Shown here piece after piece: positions 50,282 to 60,318 of a stretch of 64,000 nt of DNA. A program made the position numbers and the translations under genes. The stretch is taken from positions 63,210 to 127,209 of the forward strand of contig CADCLS010000002.1 in the NCBI GenBank assembly GCA_902802375.1, given 5' to 3'. Numbering within the stretch: position 1 is the first letter of the stretch; each line of letters begins with the position of its first letter. This stretch comes from Oscillospiraceae bacterium (GTDB taxonomy: Bacteria > Bacillota > Clostridia > Oscillospirales > Acutalibacteraceae). The notes under the pieces are model-generated. The model was not told the DNA's origin, did not search any database, and saw only the letters and a list, made by a program, of their open reading frames with translations.

Positions 50282-51329
50282 GCTTCATATCTCCACGCTT
50301 TATAATACCGAGCTTACGCATAGCCTCAGATATACCCAGGCAGACTGCTGCCGGCAGAATAAACTGCATAACTATTATTTCTACTATTGCTACAACAGGC
50401 GTAGTTCCTGCTTCTATCATAGCAGAATAGCTCATAAACTGACCTACAAAGCCGGCAGAGCCCATACCGGAACCGATAGGATTGCTCACCATTTTAAGCG
50501 CCGCGGATGATACCGGACCTAATATTGCGCTTGCGAGTATTGACGGCACCCATATAAGCGGCCTGCGTACAATGTTAGGCATTTGAAGCATCGATGTGCC
50601 TATTCCTTGCGCTATGAGTCCGCCGAATTTATTTTCTCTGTAACTTATAACCGCGAAGCCTACCATATTACAGCAACAGCCTATGGTTGCGGCACCTGCC
50701 GCAAGCCCGGTAAGCCCCATGGAAATACCTATTGCCGCGGAGGAAATAGGAAGTGTGAGGAGTATGCCCATAATTACCGATACCGCCATACCGCCAAGTA
50801 TCGGGCTTTTTTCAACATTAATGTTTACAAGCTCACCTATAAATTTCATGGCGGCTGAAATATAAGGACCTACAATAAGACCTGCCGCACAACCAACGAT
50901 TATACAGCAAAGAGGTGTAAGTATTATTTCAAGTTTTGTTTTACCCGATATAAGCGAGCCTATCTCAATGGCAACATAAGCTGCAATAAATGCACCAAGC
51001 GGTTCTCCGGGGGCGCCCACTGCGAAGCTTTCGAGTGCTTTCGGGAAAGCGCCCACCATACCTGCTACCGCGGCAGATACAGTTGTAAGCGGAGATGCTT
51101 TAAGTTTTACGGCAACACCTACTCCGATACCGGCGCCGGTAATTGTTTTCGCTGCATTCCCCATAATATTAAGATAACTTGCCACCACCGACCAAAATCC
51201 GCCCGGAATTTGCCCTAAAAGCGAACCTATCTGGCAAATTATTGTTCCTATAATAAGTGTGGAGAACAGTCCATATGCCATACCGGAAAGCCCGTCAATA
51301 AACAAACGGTTTAAGTATTTCTTTATCAT
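50259..51329 (-). CDS. PTS EIIC-like (PTS_EIIC_2-type) membrane protein
   Basis: 356-aa Gly/Ala-rich polytopic protein. The assignment rests on recollection of similarly annotated Firmicutes proteins. It overlaps nth by 23 nt. Confidence 0.45.
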   Translation of the reverse strand: MIKKYLNRLFIDGLSGMAYGLFSTLIIGTIICQIGSLLGQIPGGFWSVVASYLNIMGNAAKTITGAGIGVGVAVKLKASPLTTVSAAVAGMVGAFPKALESFAVGAPGEPLGAFIAAYVAIEIGSLISGKTKLEIILTPLCCIIVGCAAGLIVGPYISAAMKFIGELVNINVEKSPILGGMAVSVIMGILLTLPISSAAIGISMGLTGLAAGAATIGCCCNMVGFAVISYRENKFGGLIAQGIGTSMLQMPNIVRRPLIWVPSILASAILGPVSSAALKMVSNPIGSGMGSAGFVGQFMSYSAMIEAGTTPVVAIVEIIVMQFILPAAVCLGISEAMRKLGIIKRGDMKLEDISRA

Positions 51330-51466
51330 GTTTACCCATCACCCTGTTAAGTTTTATAATATTAAGAAGATTATATCACAATATGCCGTCAAGTCAAGTA
51401 AAACACGCAAATATTGTCCTTGCAAAAACATATATATTGTGGTAAAATGCTATCGGGTGTATATAT

Positions 51467-52126
51467 ATGACTAAGATTTATATTGTGCGGCACTGCGAGG
51501 CCGCCGGCAATCAAAAGAGACTTTTTCAAGGTTCCACCGATTGCGATATAACCGAGCTTGGCGCACTTCAGCTTGAGTTTTTGAAAAAAAGGTTTGAAAA
51601 CATACCGATTGATAGTATTTATACAAGTCCGCTTCTGCGTGCGAGGAAAACGGCTGAGGCAATAAGAGCCGGTCGTGATTTAAGCATTACTAAGCTTCAG
51701 GGATTTGCGGAGATACACGGCGGTATTGTGGAGGGCAAACCGTTTTTTGAAACATTCAAAAAAATACCGGAGCTTGCTGAAATATGGAATAATCATCCCG
51801 AAGATTTTGCGCCTGAAGGCGGTGAGCCGATGAGGGAGGCTTATGAAAGAATATGGGATACCGTTCTTTCCGTCGCGAATGATAACAAAGGTAAAACTGT
51901 TGCGATAGCCTCTCACGGAGGAGTTATAAGGTGCTTAAACTGCAGGCTTTTATACGGAACAATCAACCGCCTTAAAGATACTTCCTGGAGTGAAAACACC
52001 GCAGTTTCTCTTATAACATTTGATGATGAGATGAGAGCTACGCTTAATTATATGAATGACCATTCCCATGTGCCGGATAAGTTTTTGCCTAAACGAAGCA
52101 GAATTGTGGAGGTAGCTGAGGTTTGA
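51467..52126 (+). CDS. histidine phosphatase family protein (phosphoglycerate-mutase-like)
   Basis: N-terminal IYIVRHCEAAGN (RHG-type motif) and a later SHGG motif. Confidence 0.8.
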   Translation: MTKIYIVRHCEAAGNQKRLFQGSTDCDITELGALQLEFLKKRFENIPIDSIYTSPLLRARKTAEAIRAGRDLSITKLQGFAEIHGGIVEGKPFFETFKKIPELAEIWNNHPEDFAPEGGEPMREAYERIWDTVLSVANDNKGKTVAIASHGGVIRCLNCRLLYGTINRLKDTSWSENTAVSLITFDDEMRATLNYMNDHSHVPDKFLPKRSRIVEVAEV

Positions 52127-52536
52127 TAATAATGTCGGTTGATTTAGGACTGGCAAGAACCGGTATCGCAGTATCGGATGCCGGCGAGAGCTTTGCTTTT
52201 CCGAAGTGCGTTATTGCCGAAAAAGACGGAGAACAACTCATAGAAAAAATCTGTGATGCGGCAAGTGAATACAAAGCCGAAAGAATAGTGGTAGGTCTTC
52301 CTAAAAATATGGACGGCACGCTCGGTGAACGCGCGAAAACCTGCGAGAAGATTTCTCATAAAATCGCCGAAAAGTCTGGGATAGAAACAGTGCTTTTTGA
52401 TGAGCGTTGTACAACCGTTTCGGCGCACACATATCTGAATATCAATGATGTAAGGGGCAAAAAGCGAAAAAGCACGGTAGACGCCGTCGCCGCGACAATA
52501 ATTTTAGAGGATTATTTACGCTGGATCAAAAAATAG
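52123..52536 (+). CDS. ruvX: Holliday junction resolvase-like RuvX/YqgF
   Basis: SVDLGLARTGIAVSD N-terminus; ~135 aa. The start may be the ATG at 52132. Confidence 0.85.
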   Translation: MIIMSVDLGLARTGIAVSDAGESFAFPKCVIAEKDGEQLIEKICDAASEYKAERIVVGLPKNMDGTLGERAKTCEKISHKIAEKSGIETVLFDERCTTVSAHTYLNINDVRGKKRKSTVDAVAATIILEDYLRWIKK

Positions 52537-52585
52537 TTCGTATTTATTGATATTTTCTTCGGATAATATTACCGGAGGAGATATT

Positions 52586-53260
52586 ATGGACGAAAAGCAA
52601 AAAACACAAAAAGAATGCGAAATGGACAGTATAAAGGAAATGGGAGCCGTTGAAACCTTTGGCGGTAAGCATAAGATATTCTGTCTTACAATAATAGGCG
52701 AAATTGAGGGGCACAGCATTTTGCCCGAGCAGAGCAAGACTACTAAATATGAGCATATATTGCCTCAGCTCGTTGCGGTAGAGGAAAGTGCGGAAATTGA
52801 GGGACTGCTCGTAATTCTTAACACCATAGGCGGCGATGTTGAAGCGGGACTTGCTATTGCCGAGCTCATCTCAGGTATGAAAAAGCCGAGCGTGAGCTTT
52901 GTGCTTGGCGGCGGTCATTCAATAGGCGTGCCGCTTGCAGTTTCGGCGAAGCATTCCTTTATAGCGCCTTCCGCTACTATGACTATCCACCCTGTAAGGA
53001 CCAACGGTCTTGTTATCGGTGTACCTCAGATGATGAACCATTTCACCCGTATGCAGGAGAGAATAACGGATTTTGTGGTTAAAAACTCTAAAATCGAAAA
53101 GGATAAGTTCAGTGAGCTTTTAATGAATACAGGTGAGCTTGTGACCGATGTTGGCTCAGTGCTTTCGGGTCAGGGCGCAGTTGATGTGGGACTAATAGAC
53201 AGTCTCGGTTCTCTTTCGGATGTGATTGACTGTCTTTATAACATGATAGAGAATAAATAA
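52586..53260 (+). CDS. tepA: ClpP-fold TepA-like protein
   Basis: FCLTIIGEIEGH..., ILNTIGGDVEAGLAI and GGGHSIG, as in the ClpP/TepA family. Lies upstream of ftsK/spoIIIE, as in Bacillus. Start is the ATG at 52586. Confidence 0.7.
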   Translation: MDEKQKTQKECEMDSIKEMGAVETFGGKHKIFCLTIIGEIEGHSILPEQSKTTKYEHILPQLVAVEESAEIEGLLVILNTIGGDVEAGLAIAELISGMKKPSVSFVLGGGHSIGVPLAVSAKHSFIAPSATMTIHPVRTNGLVIGVPQMMNHFTRMQERITDFVVKNSKIEKDKFSELLMNTGELVTDVGSVLSGQGAVDVGLIDSLGSLSDVIDCLYNMIENK

Positions 53261-53295
53261 TCTGCCGAAAACAAGGCAAAGTATGGAGTTGAATT

Positions 53296-55671
53296 ATGGC
53301 AAATACTAAAAACAGTAAAAGCTCTGCACGGCACGCGGCTAAAAAAGCCGCGTCGCGGCAGGCAGCGGCAATAATATGGCTTGCGGTCGCGGTGCTTTGG
53401 GCGTGTATGGTGTTTATTAAAGGTGAAGTTTTCTGGACCGATATACATAATTTTATGTTTAGTATGTTTGGAATAACGGCGTTCGTTTTCCCGGTACTGC
53501 TCGGTTTTTCCGCGATTATGGTCGCACTTGACAGGATGAGTAAGGCAGTCAAGGTGAGAACTATTGAAACTGCCGTGCTTGTAACCCTTTTGGGCACCGT
53601 AATAGATGTGTTTGCAAATTATACTAAGGGACTTACATTCGGCGAACACATTTCAGCGGTTTGGAATGCAGGTAAAACGGTATCGTCCGCTATAAAAGGC
53701 GGCGGCATTCTGGGAGCCCTCATTGGTCATCCTGTCTGCGCCGCGTTCGGTAAAACGGGGGCTTCAATAACACTTATTATAATAATGTTCGTTTTGTTTA
53801 TGCTTATGACCGGGACTACTCTCATAATGCTGTTCAAAGCGATAGGTAATTCTGCAAAAACGGTAGGCGAACAGGTTGAAAACACATTTGTTGACAGAGC
53901 CGAAAAACAGAAAGAACTTAAGGTTGTAAAAGGCTTCAATGTAGATATTCCTGTTGATGAACCTGAAAAGCACGAAAATAAGACTGTCAAGGATAGCCTT
54001 GAAGAGAAGCAAAAGAAGTTGGTCGCGTCTTATAACGGTGAAGAAGTGCCGGAGGATAGAGAGAGCGCAGATACAAATACCGCAATAGACGCGGTGAAGG
54101 AAGAGGCTAAGCCTGAGCGAGTAAAGGTTGATTTTCAAAAAGAAACCGATGAAATGACTGATAAAATCAGCGAAAACTATATTAAGAATGTAGGCTATAT
54201 TCCGCCTCCGCTAACGCTTCTCAATGAATATAACAGCGGTGATGTGAAAGCCGCCGCGGCAGAACAGGCGAGCGTTTCCGAGCATCTCGTCGAAATTCTG
54301 CGTTCTTTCGGAGTTGAAACAAGAGTTGTCGATGTAAACCATGGACCGACTGTTACAAGGTATGAGCTTCAACCGAAAGCCGGCGTTAAAATCAGTAAAA
54401 TCACAAGTCTTGCTGACGATATCGCGTTAAATCTTGCGGCGGCAGGCGTGAGAATTGAAGCGCCGATACCAAACAAAGCGGCAGTAGGCATAGAAGTGCC
54501 TAACCGTCAGTCGGCAGTGGTAGGTGTGCGCGAGATAATCGAATCCGCCGCATTTTCAGCCTCGAAAAGCAGTCTTACAGTATCACTCGGCAGAGATATA
54601 GGCGGTAATGTGGTTGTCACGGATATAGCAAAAATGCCTCACGGACTAATTGCCGGCGCTACCGGCTCCGGTAAATCAGTTTGCATAAATTCCTTTATAA
54701 TAAGTATGCTTTATAAATCGTCGCCCGATGATGTAAAGTTTTTGATGATAGACCCTAAGGTAGTTGAGCTTAATGTTTATAACGGTATACCGCATTTGTT
54801 GGTCCCCGTTGTTACCGACCCGAGAAAAGCGGCAGGCGCGCTCGGCTGGGCGGTAAGCGAAATGGAAAAGCGCTACCGTATGTTTGCGGATAGAGGCGTT
54901 CGAGACCTTGCAGGATATAATAAGCTCGTAGAGACCCTAAAGGACGAGCCGGAGGTTACGAAGCTTCCGCAGATAGTAATAATCGTAGATGAGCTTGCCG
55001 ACCTTATGATAACCGCGCCAAAAGAGGTTGAGGATTCTATAAACCGTATAGCCGCAAAAGCGCGTGCCGCTGGTATGCACCTGCTTATTGCTACTCAGCG
55101 CCCGTCGGTAGATGTTGTTACCGGCGTTATAAAGGCTAATATTCCTACCCGTATCGCATTTTCAGTATCTTCACAGATAGATAGCCGTACTATTCTTGAC
55201 AGCGCCGGCGCCGAAAAGCTTCTCGGTCGCGGCGATATGCTTTTTGACCCCGTAGGCGCCAGCAAACCGCGCAGACTTCAAGGTTGCTTTGTATCTGATG
55301 AAGAAGTGGAGCGCGTAGTAGAATATGTAAAAAAGAGCGCCAGTGCCGACTATGACGATAGCGTTATGGATGAAATCGAGCGTCAGGCGGTAATGGGCAA
55401 GCAAAAGGGCGCACAGGCGCAAAATGCTCAGAGCGAAGAGGGTGACGACGCTGACAGTATGCTTGACGATGCTATAAGAGTTGTCGTTGAAGCGGGTCAG
55501 GCTTCCACTTCACTTTTACAGCGCAGACTCAAGCTTGGTTACTCACGCGCTGCCCGTATAATCGACCAAATGGAGGAACGCGGTGTGGTAGGTCCCTATG
55601 AAGGTTCAAAACCGCGTAAGGTGCTTATAACTAAAGAACAGCTTATGGAACAGGAAGCTCGAAACGAATGA
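53296..55671 (+). CDS. ftsK: DNA translocase FtsK/SpoIIIE
   Basis: N-terminal TM helices, Walker A GATGSGKS, and a C-terminal gamma wHTH ([21 protein letters not shown]). Confidence 0.95.
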   Translation: MANTKNSKSSARHAAKKAASRQAAAIIWLAVAVLWACMVFIKGEVFWTDIHNFMFSMFGITAFVFPVLLGFSAIMVALDRMSKAVKVRTIETAVLVTLLGTVIDVFANYTKGLTFGEHISAVWNAGKTVSSAIKGGGILGALIGHPVCAAFGKTGASITLIIIMFVLFMLMTGTTLIMLFKAIGNSAKTVGEQVENTFVDRAEKQKELKVVKGFNVDIPVDEPEKHENKTVKDSLEEKQKKLVASYNGEEVPEDRESADTNTAIDAVKEEAKPERVKVDFQKETDEMTDKISENYIKNVGYIPPPLTLLNEYNSGDVKAAAAEQASVSEHLVEILRSFGVETRVVDVNHGPTVTRYELQPKAGVKISKITSLADDIALNLAAAGVRIEAPIPNKAAVGIEVPNRQSAVVGVREIIESAAFSASKSSLTVSLGRDIGGNVVVTDIAKMPHGLIAGATGSGKSVCINSFIISMLYKSSPDDVKFLMIDPKVVELNVYNGIPHLLVPVVTDPRKAAGALGWAVSEMEKRYRMFADRGVRDLAGYNKLVETLKDEPEVTKLPQIVIIVDELADLMITAPKEVEDSINRIAAKARAAGMHLLIATQRPSVDVVTGVIKANIPTRIAFSVSSQIDSRTILDSAGAEKLLGRGDMLFDPVGASKPRRLQGCFVSDEEVERVVEYVKKSASADYDDSVMDEIERQAVMGKQKGAQAQNAQSEEGDDADSMLDDAIRVVVEAGQASTSLLQRRLKLGYSRAARIIDQMEERGVVGPYEGSKPRKVLITKEQLMEQEARNE

Positions 55672-56570
55672 AAAGAGAAGTCCATAAAATAAAGAATATG
55701 GTAGCCGTAATCATAGCGGCTGCCATATTGATTTTAAGTGTAATAGGTTACATAACCGATACATTGGGAAGTATCAGGGAATTTTTGTTCCCGAAGGCGA
55801 TTGAGAGCGAAAATTCTTATGTAGAAATGCTTGATGTAGGGCAGGGAGACAGTATCTTGCTTTATAGTGGAGGTAAGGCGGCACTCATAGACACCGGCAT
55901 AAAATCTTATGCCGACGATATTGCCGACACACTCGAAAACAGAGGTATAAGCACGCTTGATTTGCTTATCATATCCCATAACCATAGTGACCATATGGGC
56001 GGAATAGTGCCACTCACCAAACAGTTTAAGATTAAAACGCTCTTAATTCCCGACCTTGAAAAAACAGATGAGCGCACCGATAAAATGACAACCGCGGTGG
56101 AAAATGTAAAAGCGAAAGGCGGTAAGAGCGTTACCGCCGAAAAGGGTATGAATTTTACTGTAGGCGATTTTGATATAACCGTTATCGGCGCTTACTATGA
56201 CGAAAAGGATGAAAACGACCGCAGTATAATAGTCAAAGCTAAAATCGGCAAGTGGAAGTTTCTTTTTACGGGTGATGCACAAGACCCTGCAGAAAAACGC
56301 CTTATGGCAGATAACGCCGATATTAAATGTGATGTGCTGAAAGTAGGCCACCACGGCAGTATGTACGGAACAAGTGAGGAGTTTTTGGAAAAGTGTTCCC
56401 CCTCTTTTGCCATGATTTCCTGTGGGAAAGGAAACCGTTACTCTCACCCTCATGATGTTGTGCTTTTAAGGCTACAAGCAGCGGGTGTAAAATATTTTCG
56501 CACAGATACATCCGGCGCAGTTAGGTTTACTGCTACCGAGAAGGAAATACTTGTAGGCTTTGGAAAATAG
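55668..56570 (+). CDS. membrane-anchored MBL-fold hydrolase (stand-alone ComEC C-terminal-domain-like)
   Basis: One N-terminal TM helix, then DVGQGDS and HNHSDHMGG metallo-beta-lactamase motifs. 4-nt overlap with ftsK. Confidence 0.7.
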   Translation: MKREVHKIKNMVAVIIAAAILILSVIGYITDTLGSIREFLFPKAIESENSYVEMLDVGQGDSILLYSGGKAALIDTGIKSYADDIADTLENRGISTLDLLIISHNHSDHMGGIVPLTKQFKIKTLLIPDLEKTDERTDKMTTAVENVKAKGGKSVTAEKGMNFTVGDFDITVIGAYYDEKDENDRSIIVKAKIGKWKFLFTGDAQDPAEKRLMADNADIKCDVLKVGHHGSMYGTSEEFLEKCSPSFAMISCGKGNRYSHPHDVVLLRLQAAGVKYFRTDTSGAVRFTATEKEILVGFGK

Positions 56571-56633
56571 AAACTTTTGTAAATTATAACAAAAATTCGC
56601 ATAAAAATCTCCATATTGGCTACATGGATTTGC

Positions 56634-56662
56634 TTGACATTTAATTTCCCCTTTGCTATAAT
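56634..56662 (+). promoter_or_regulatory. consensus sigma-A promoter of the cohesin-dockerin gene
   Basis: TTGACA, 17 nt, TATAAT (perfect hexamers). Confidence 0.7.
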
Positions 56663-56725
56663 TGGGATGTGTATAAGGGTTAATTGCCTAATAATACTTA
56701 TAATTTATTTTTGGAGGATAAGAGA

Positions 56726-57601
56726 ATGAAGAAAATCTTAGCACTCATCATTGCGGTGATACTTGTTGCTACGCTTTCATTCGGCGTTTCTATGATGGTT
56801 TCTGCTACTGATACAGATCCTGCCATCGTCGTTTCATCCGCAACTACTAACAAGGGCGGTACGGTTGATGTCAAAATCAGCCTTAAGAATAACCCCGGAA
56901 TAGCCTCTTTGAATTTGAAAGTTAAATTTTCAAATGATTTGTCGCTGGTTTCCTCCGGTGAGGATACATATGACGGCAAGTATATAGTGGCGGCGCCGCA
57001 AAAAAACGGAGGTCCCGAATTCAAGTTTTTTGATGAAAAAGGCAATCTTATCACTGAACCCACAACCGTTACCAACTGGGTTAAATACGATGTTGTGGAT
57101 ATCAAAGGGTATGCATATCAGCCAAGAGTCGGAGACACTTCTTTCAAAAATATACCAGAGGAGAACAAAACATCTCTAACACTTAACTGGCTTAGTCCTA
57201 CAGAAAATGTTACCGGCGACTTCACGTTTGCAACTCTTAAATTCAAGGTAGCTGACGATGCAGAGCTCGGAGACAAAGATATTACCGTTACATATGATGC
57301 AGAAGACATCTATAATTCCGATGAAAGCAATGTCGCTTTTGAAGTGCAAAACGGTAAAATTACTGTAACTGATGTTGTAAAAGGCGATGCGGACGGCAAC
57401 GGAAAAGTCAATATGCTTGATGTTACATATCTTAGACGCTATCTTGCCAAATGGGATGGCTATGAGTTAGGCATCAATATTAACAAGGCAAATTCTGACA
57501 TTGACGGCAACGGTAAGGTCAATATGCTTGATGTTACTTATATTAGACGGCATCTTGCCAAATGGGACAGTTACGAAGATTTGAATAATATTGCAAATTA
57601 G
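56726..57601 (+). CDS. secreted protein with an N-terminal cohesin-like domain and a C-terminal dockerin
   Basis: Signal peptide MKKILALIIAVILVATLSFGVSMMVSA. Cohesin-like VVSSATTNKGGTVDVKISLKNNPGIASLNLKV. Two dockerin Ca-binding repeats, DADGNGKVNMLDVTYLRRYLAKW and DIDGNGKVNMLDVTYIRRHLAKW. Confidence 0.75.
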   Translation: MKKILALIIAVILVATLSFGVSMMVSATDTDPAIVVSSATTNKGGTVDVKISLKNNPGIASLNLKVKFSNDLSLVSSGEDTYDGKYIVAAPQKNGGPEFKFFDEKGNLITEPTTVTNWVKYDVVDIKGYAYQPRVGDTSFKNIPEENKTSLTLNWLSPTENVTGDFTFATLKFKVADDAELGDKDITVTYDAEDIYNSDESNVAFEVQNGKITVTDVVKGDADGNGKVNMLDVTYLRRYLAKWDGYELGININKANSDIDGNGKVNMLDVTYIRRHLAKWDSYEDLNNIAN

Positions 57602-57645
57602 TGCTCAATTTTAAATGTTTGATTCATATAAAAGGAGATTTGATT

Positions 57646-59590
57646 ATGAAAAAAATTAAGATCTTATTTGCGTTGCTTGCAGTTGTTGCTTTGCTCGCAT
57701 GCAGCTTAAATGTGTTTCTTGGCGTTTTTGCTGAGGATCATGCACAGATTATTGTAAGTTCTGTTGAAGCAGAACGGAGCAGCGAGGTTACTGTTAGTGT
57801 TAGTTTGGCAAACAATCCTGGAATATGTGCAATGGTTCTTAGCATCAATTATGATTCGGATTTAGAATTGGTAGATGCAAAAGATGCAGGTTTACTTAAT
57901 GGTCCTACTTTGGGTAATAATTATAAAACTAATCCTTATACGGCTACTTGGGAAGATTCTGCGGCTGCCAGCGACAACTCACAAAATGGAATAATTTTAA
58001 ATTTGAAATTTAAAGTTAAGGACACTGCCGGCGTTGGCCTACATCCGGTTTCTGTATCGTACAGCACAGACCCGAGTGATATGGAAATATATAATTTAGC
58101 ACTTGATTTTGTCAGCTTTGATTGTGTTTCTGGCGGAGTTACTGTTGTTTGCAATGCCCATGTACCGGCGGCTGCTGTTCAGGAAAATGTTCTTCCTGCT
58201 ACCTGTGGTGCAACAGGTTCTTATGACGAGGTTGTTTATTGTTCCGTTTGCGGTGCTGAAATTTCACGTACACCTAAAACCATTGATGCTACCGGCAATC
58301 ATACCCCCGGCGAACCTGTAAATGAGAATGTAGTTCCTGCCACTTGCGGTCAGAACGGTTCACATGATGAAGTTGTATACTGCACAGTTTGCAATACTGA
58401 GATTTCAAGAGCCACTAAGACCGATCTTGCTACCGGCAATCATACCCCCGGCGAACCTGTGAATGAGAATGTAGTTCCTGCCACTTGCGGTCAGAACGGT
58501 TCACATGATGAAGTTGTATACTGCACAGTTTGCAATACTGAGATTTCAAGAGCCAGAGTCTCACTGGCAAGAATGTACAGTTTGCGGTGGCAAAACCGGT
58601 ACCTCAAGCCATACCGGTGCTGCTGCTGTAAATGAAAATGTAGTTCCTGCTACTTGCGGTCAGAACGGTTCACACGATGAAGTTGTATATTGCTCAGTTT
58701 GCGGCTATGAAATTTCAAGAGCCACTAAGACCGATCTTGCTACCGGCAATCATACCCCCGGCGAACCTGTAAACGAGAATGTAGTTCCTGCTACTTGCGG
58801 TCAGGACGGTTCACATGATGAAGTTGTATACTGCACAGTTTGCAATACTGAGATTTCAAGAGCCACTAAGACCGATCTTGCTACCGGTGAGCATGATTTC
58901 GTTTGGATGAGCAATGCTGAGGCTCACTGGCAACAGTGCAAGAACTGCCCTGCAATGCCTGAAGGCGCAGAGTCTGAGGCTCATACATTTGAGTATAAGG
59001 TAACCAAAGAGGCTACTACAAAGGCTCCGGGCGAAAAGGTTCCCACCTGTACCAAGTGCGGTTATGAAGGCAAAGCTGAAGAAATTCCGCAACTTGAAGA
59101 TTTATCTGTAGAAGATGGCGATCAGGCTCTTGACATTAAGGAGAACAACGCTGTTGTATTTAAGACCAACATCAAGAAAGATAGATTCAGCGGTATTAAG
59201 ATTGATGGCATTGAGCTTGAAGATGAAGATTATGAGCTCGGCGAGGATGAGAGCGGCAACACAGTTTTAACCCTCACAGATGCCGGCAAGGCTAAGTTGG
59301 CGGCAAAGAACGGCGATGTAGCAGTACAAATCCTCGGTACAGATGAAGACGGTAATCCCGCAGCCGCAGAGTATACATTAACTGTTACTAATACACAGCC
59401 GTCTGCTACAGACGATACCAATACAGAAACCGGTACAAAAACAGATGCCGGAGCAAAGACGGATGATACAAAAGCAGCTCCTAAGACCGATGATAGCGAC
59501 ATAGCATTCCTCGTAATCGCTCTTGTTGCTCTTATGGGTATGAGCATATCTACCGGTATTGTTTATCGTAAAAAGAGAAATAACAAATAA
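57646..59590 (+). pseudogene. cohesin-domain, Cys-rich-repeat surface protein with C-terminal TM anchor, split by a frameshift at ~58555 (or a sequencing/assembly error)
   Basis: The frame from 57646 (signal peptide, cohesin-like IVSSVEAERSSEVTVSVSLANNPGICAMVLSI, 47-aa repeats) stops at 58635. Skipping A58555 joins it to the frame that runs to 59590, giving ...EISRA-ESHWQECTVCGG..., more repeats, a Thr/Asp-rich linker and TM anchor IAFLVIALVALMGMSISTGIVYRKKRNNK. Confidence 0.65.
58291..58882 (+). repeat. 141-bp (47-codon) tandem coding repeats
   Basis: Copies at 58291-58431 and 58432-58555 differ at 1 nt. Further copies lie at ~58601-58741 and 58742-58882, and a diverged copy lies upstream (~58150-58290). 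Confidence 0.85.
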
Positions 59591-59607
59591 TTAAGTTTTC
59601 ACTTTTT

Positions 59608-59637
59608 CAGTCCCCTCATTGGAGGGGACTGTTTTTT
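59608..59637 (+). terminator. intrinsic terminator
   Basis: CAGTCCCCTC-ATTG-GAGGGGACTG followed by T6. Confidence 0.85.
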
Positions 59638-59787
59638 GCTGGAAAAAATTACAAAAAAGCATAAAAAAGTATTGCAATACCTCAACAGAAATAGTATACT
59701 TATATTAAACTGGGGGAATATGGTGAATATTGATTTTAATGTGCCGTATTTGGCCTTTTTAATTACCAATGTTTGGAGGCGAATTGT

Positions 59788-60084
59788 ATGAATGTTTCAT
59801 TATTGTCGGCGACGGCAAGTGCTCAAATACCCAACTGGTTTGCGGTGGTTATGGGTATCGGAACCGTGTTTGTGGGTCTTATTTCGATTATTATTATCTG
59901 TGTTATCACAGGTGCGCTCTGCGGTGCTGCAAAAAAACAAAAGAATAATCCCGTCAAATCAAAGCCGGATGATGAAAAGGTAATAAACCGCGAAATGGTT
60001 GCGGCAGTATGTGCTGTGTGCGCCGAAGATATGGGAACCGATGTTAGTCACTTAAAGGTTATTTCCTTCAAGAAAGTAAGTTAG
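59788..60084 (+). CDS. oadG: Na+-pump decarboxylase gamma subunit (OadG-like)
   Basis: A single N-terminal TM helix (WFAVVMGIGTVFVGLISIIIICVI) followed by a hydrophilic tail; first gene of the decarboxylase operon. Start is the ATG at 59788, 8 nt after GGAGG. Confidence 0.6.
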   Translation: MNVSLLSATASAQIPNWFAVVMGIGTVFVGLISIIIICVITGALCGAAKKQKNNPVKSKPDDEKVINREMVAAVCAVCAEDMGTDVSHLKVISFKKVS

Positions 60085-60093
60085 GTGGTTAAA

Positions 60094-60297
60094 TTGAAAT
60101 TTGTTTTCATTGCCGATATTATTTCTATTGCTTTACTTCTGATTTTCGGTATATGGGCGATAGTATTTCTGAAAAGAAATTTTGAAAAACCGATAGAAGA
60201 AGTAAGAAAACCATTGATTAAAGGTATAAATATTATAATTGTCTTAACAGTGTTGTCGGCAATACTTACGGTAGTAATGATAGTACTAAAAAAATAA
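60094..60297 (+). CDS. small two-TM membrane protein, unknown
   Basis: TTG at 60094, 5 nt after AGGTGG (the ORF track uses the GTG at 60085). Two hydrophobic helices separated by a basic loop. Confidence 0.45.
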   Translation: MKFVFIADIISIALLLIFGIWAIVFLKRNFEKPIEEVRKPLIKGINIIIVLTVLSAILTVVMIVLKK

Positions 60298-60318
60298 ACA
60301 TAATGCGAGGGTAATTTT

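Noticed and set aside
53109-53649. Two overlapping minus-strand ORFs (162 and 137 aa)
   Set aside because: They are antisense to the tepA end and ftsK start and have no supporting signals.
58505-58555. ATG at 58505 as an independent start of the second half of the repeat protein
   Set aside because: The first ~17 codons (MMKLYTAQFAILRFQEP) are an out-of-frame reading of repeat copy 2, with no RBS. The downstream ORF is better explained as the continuation of the frameshifted gene.
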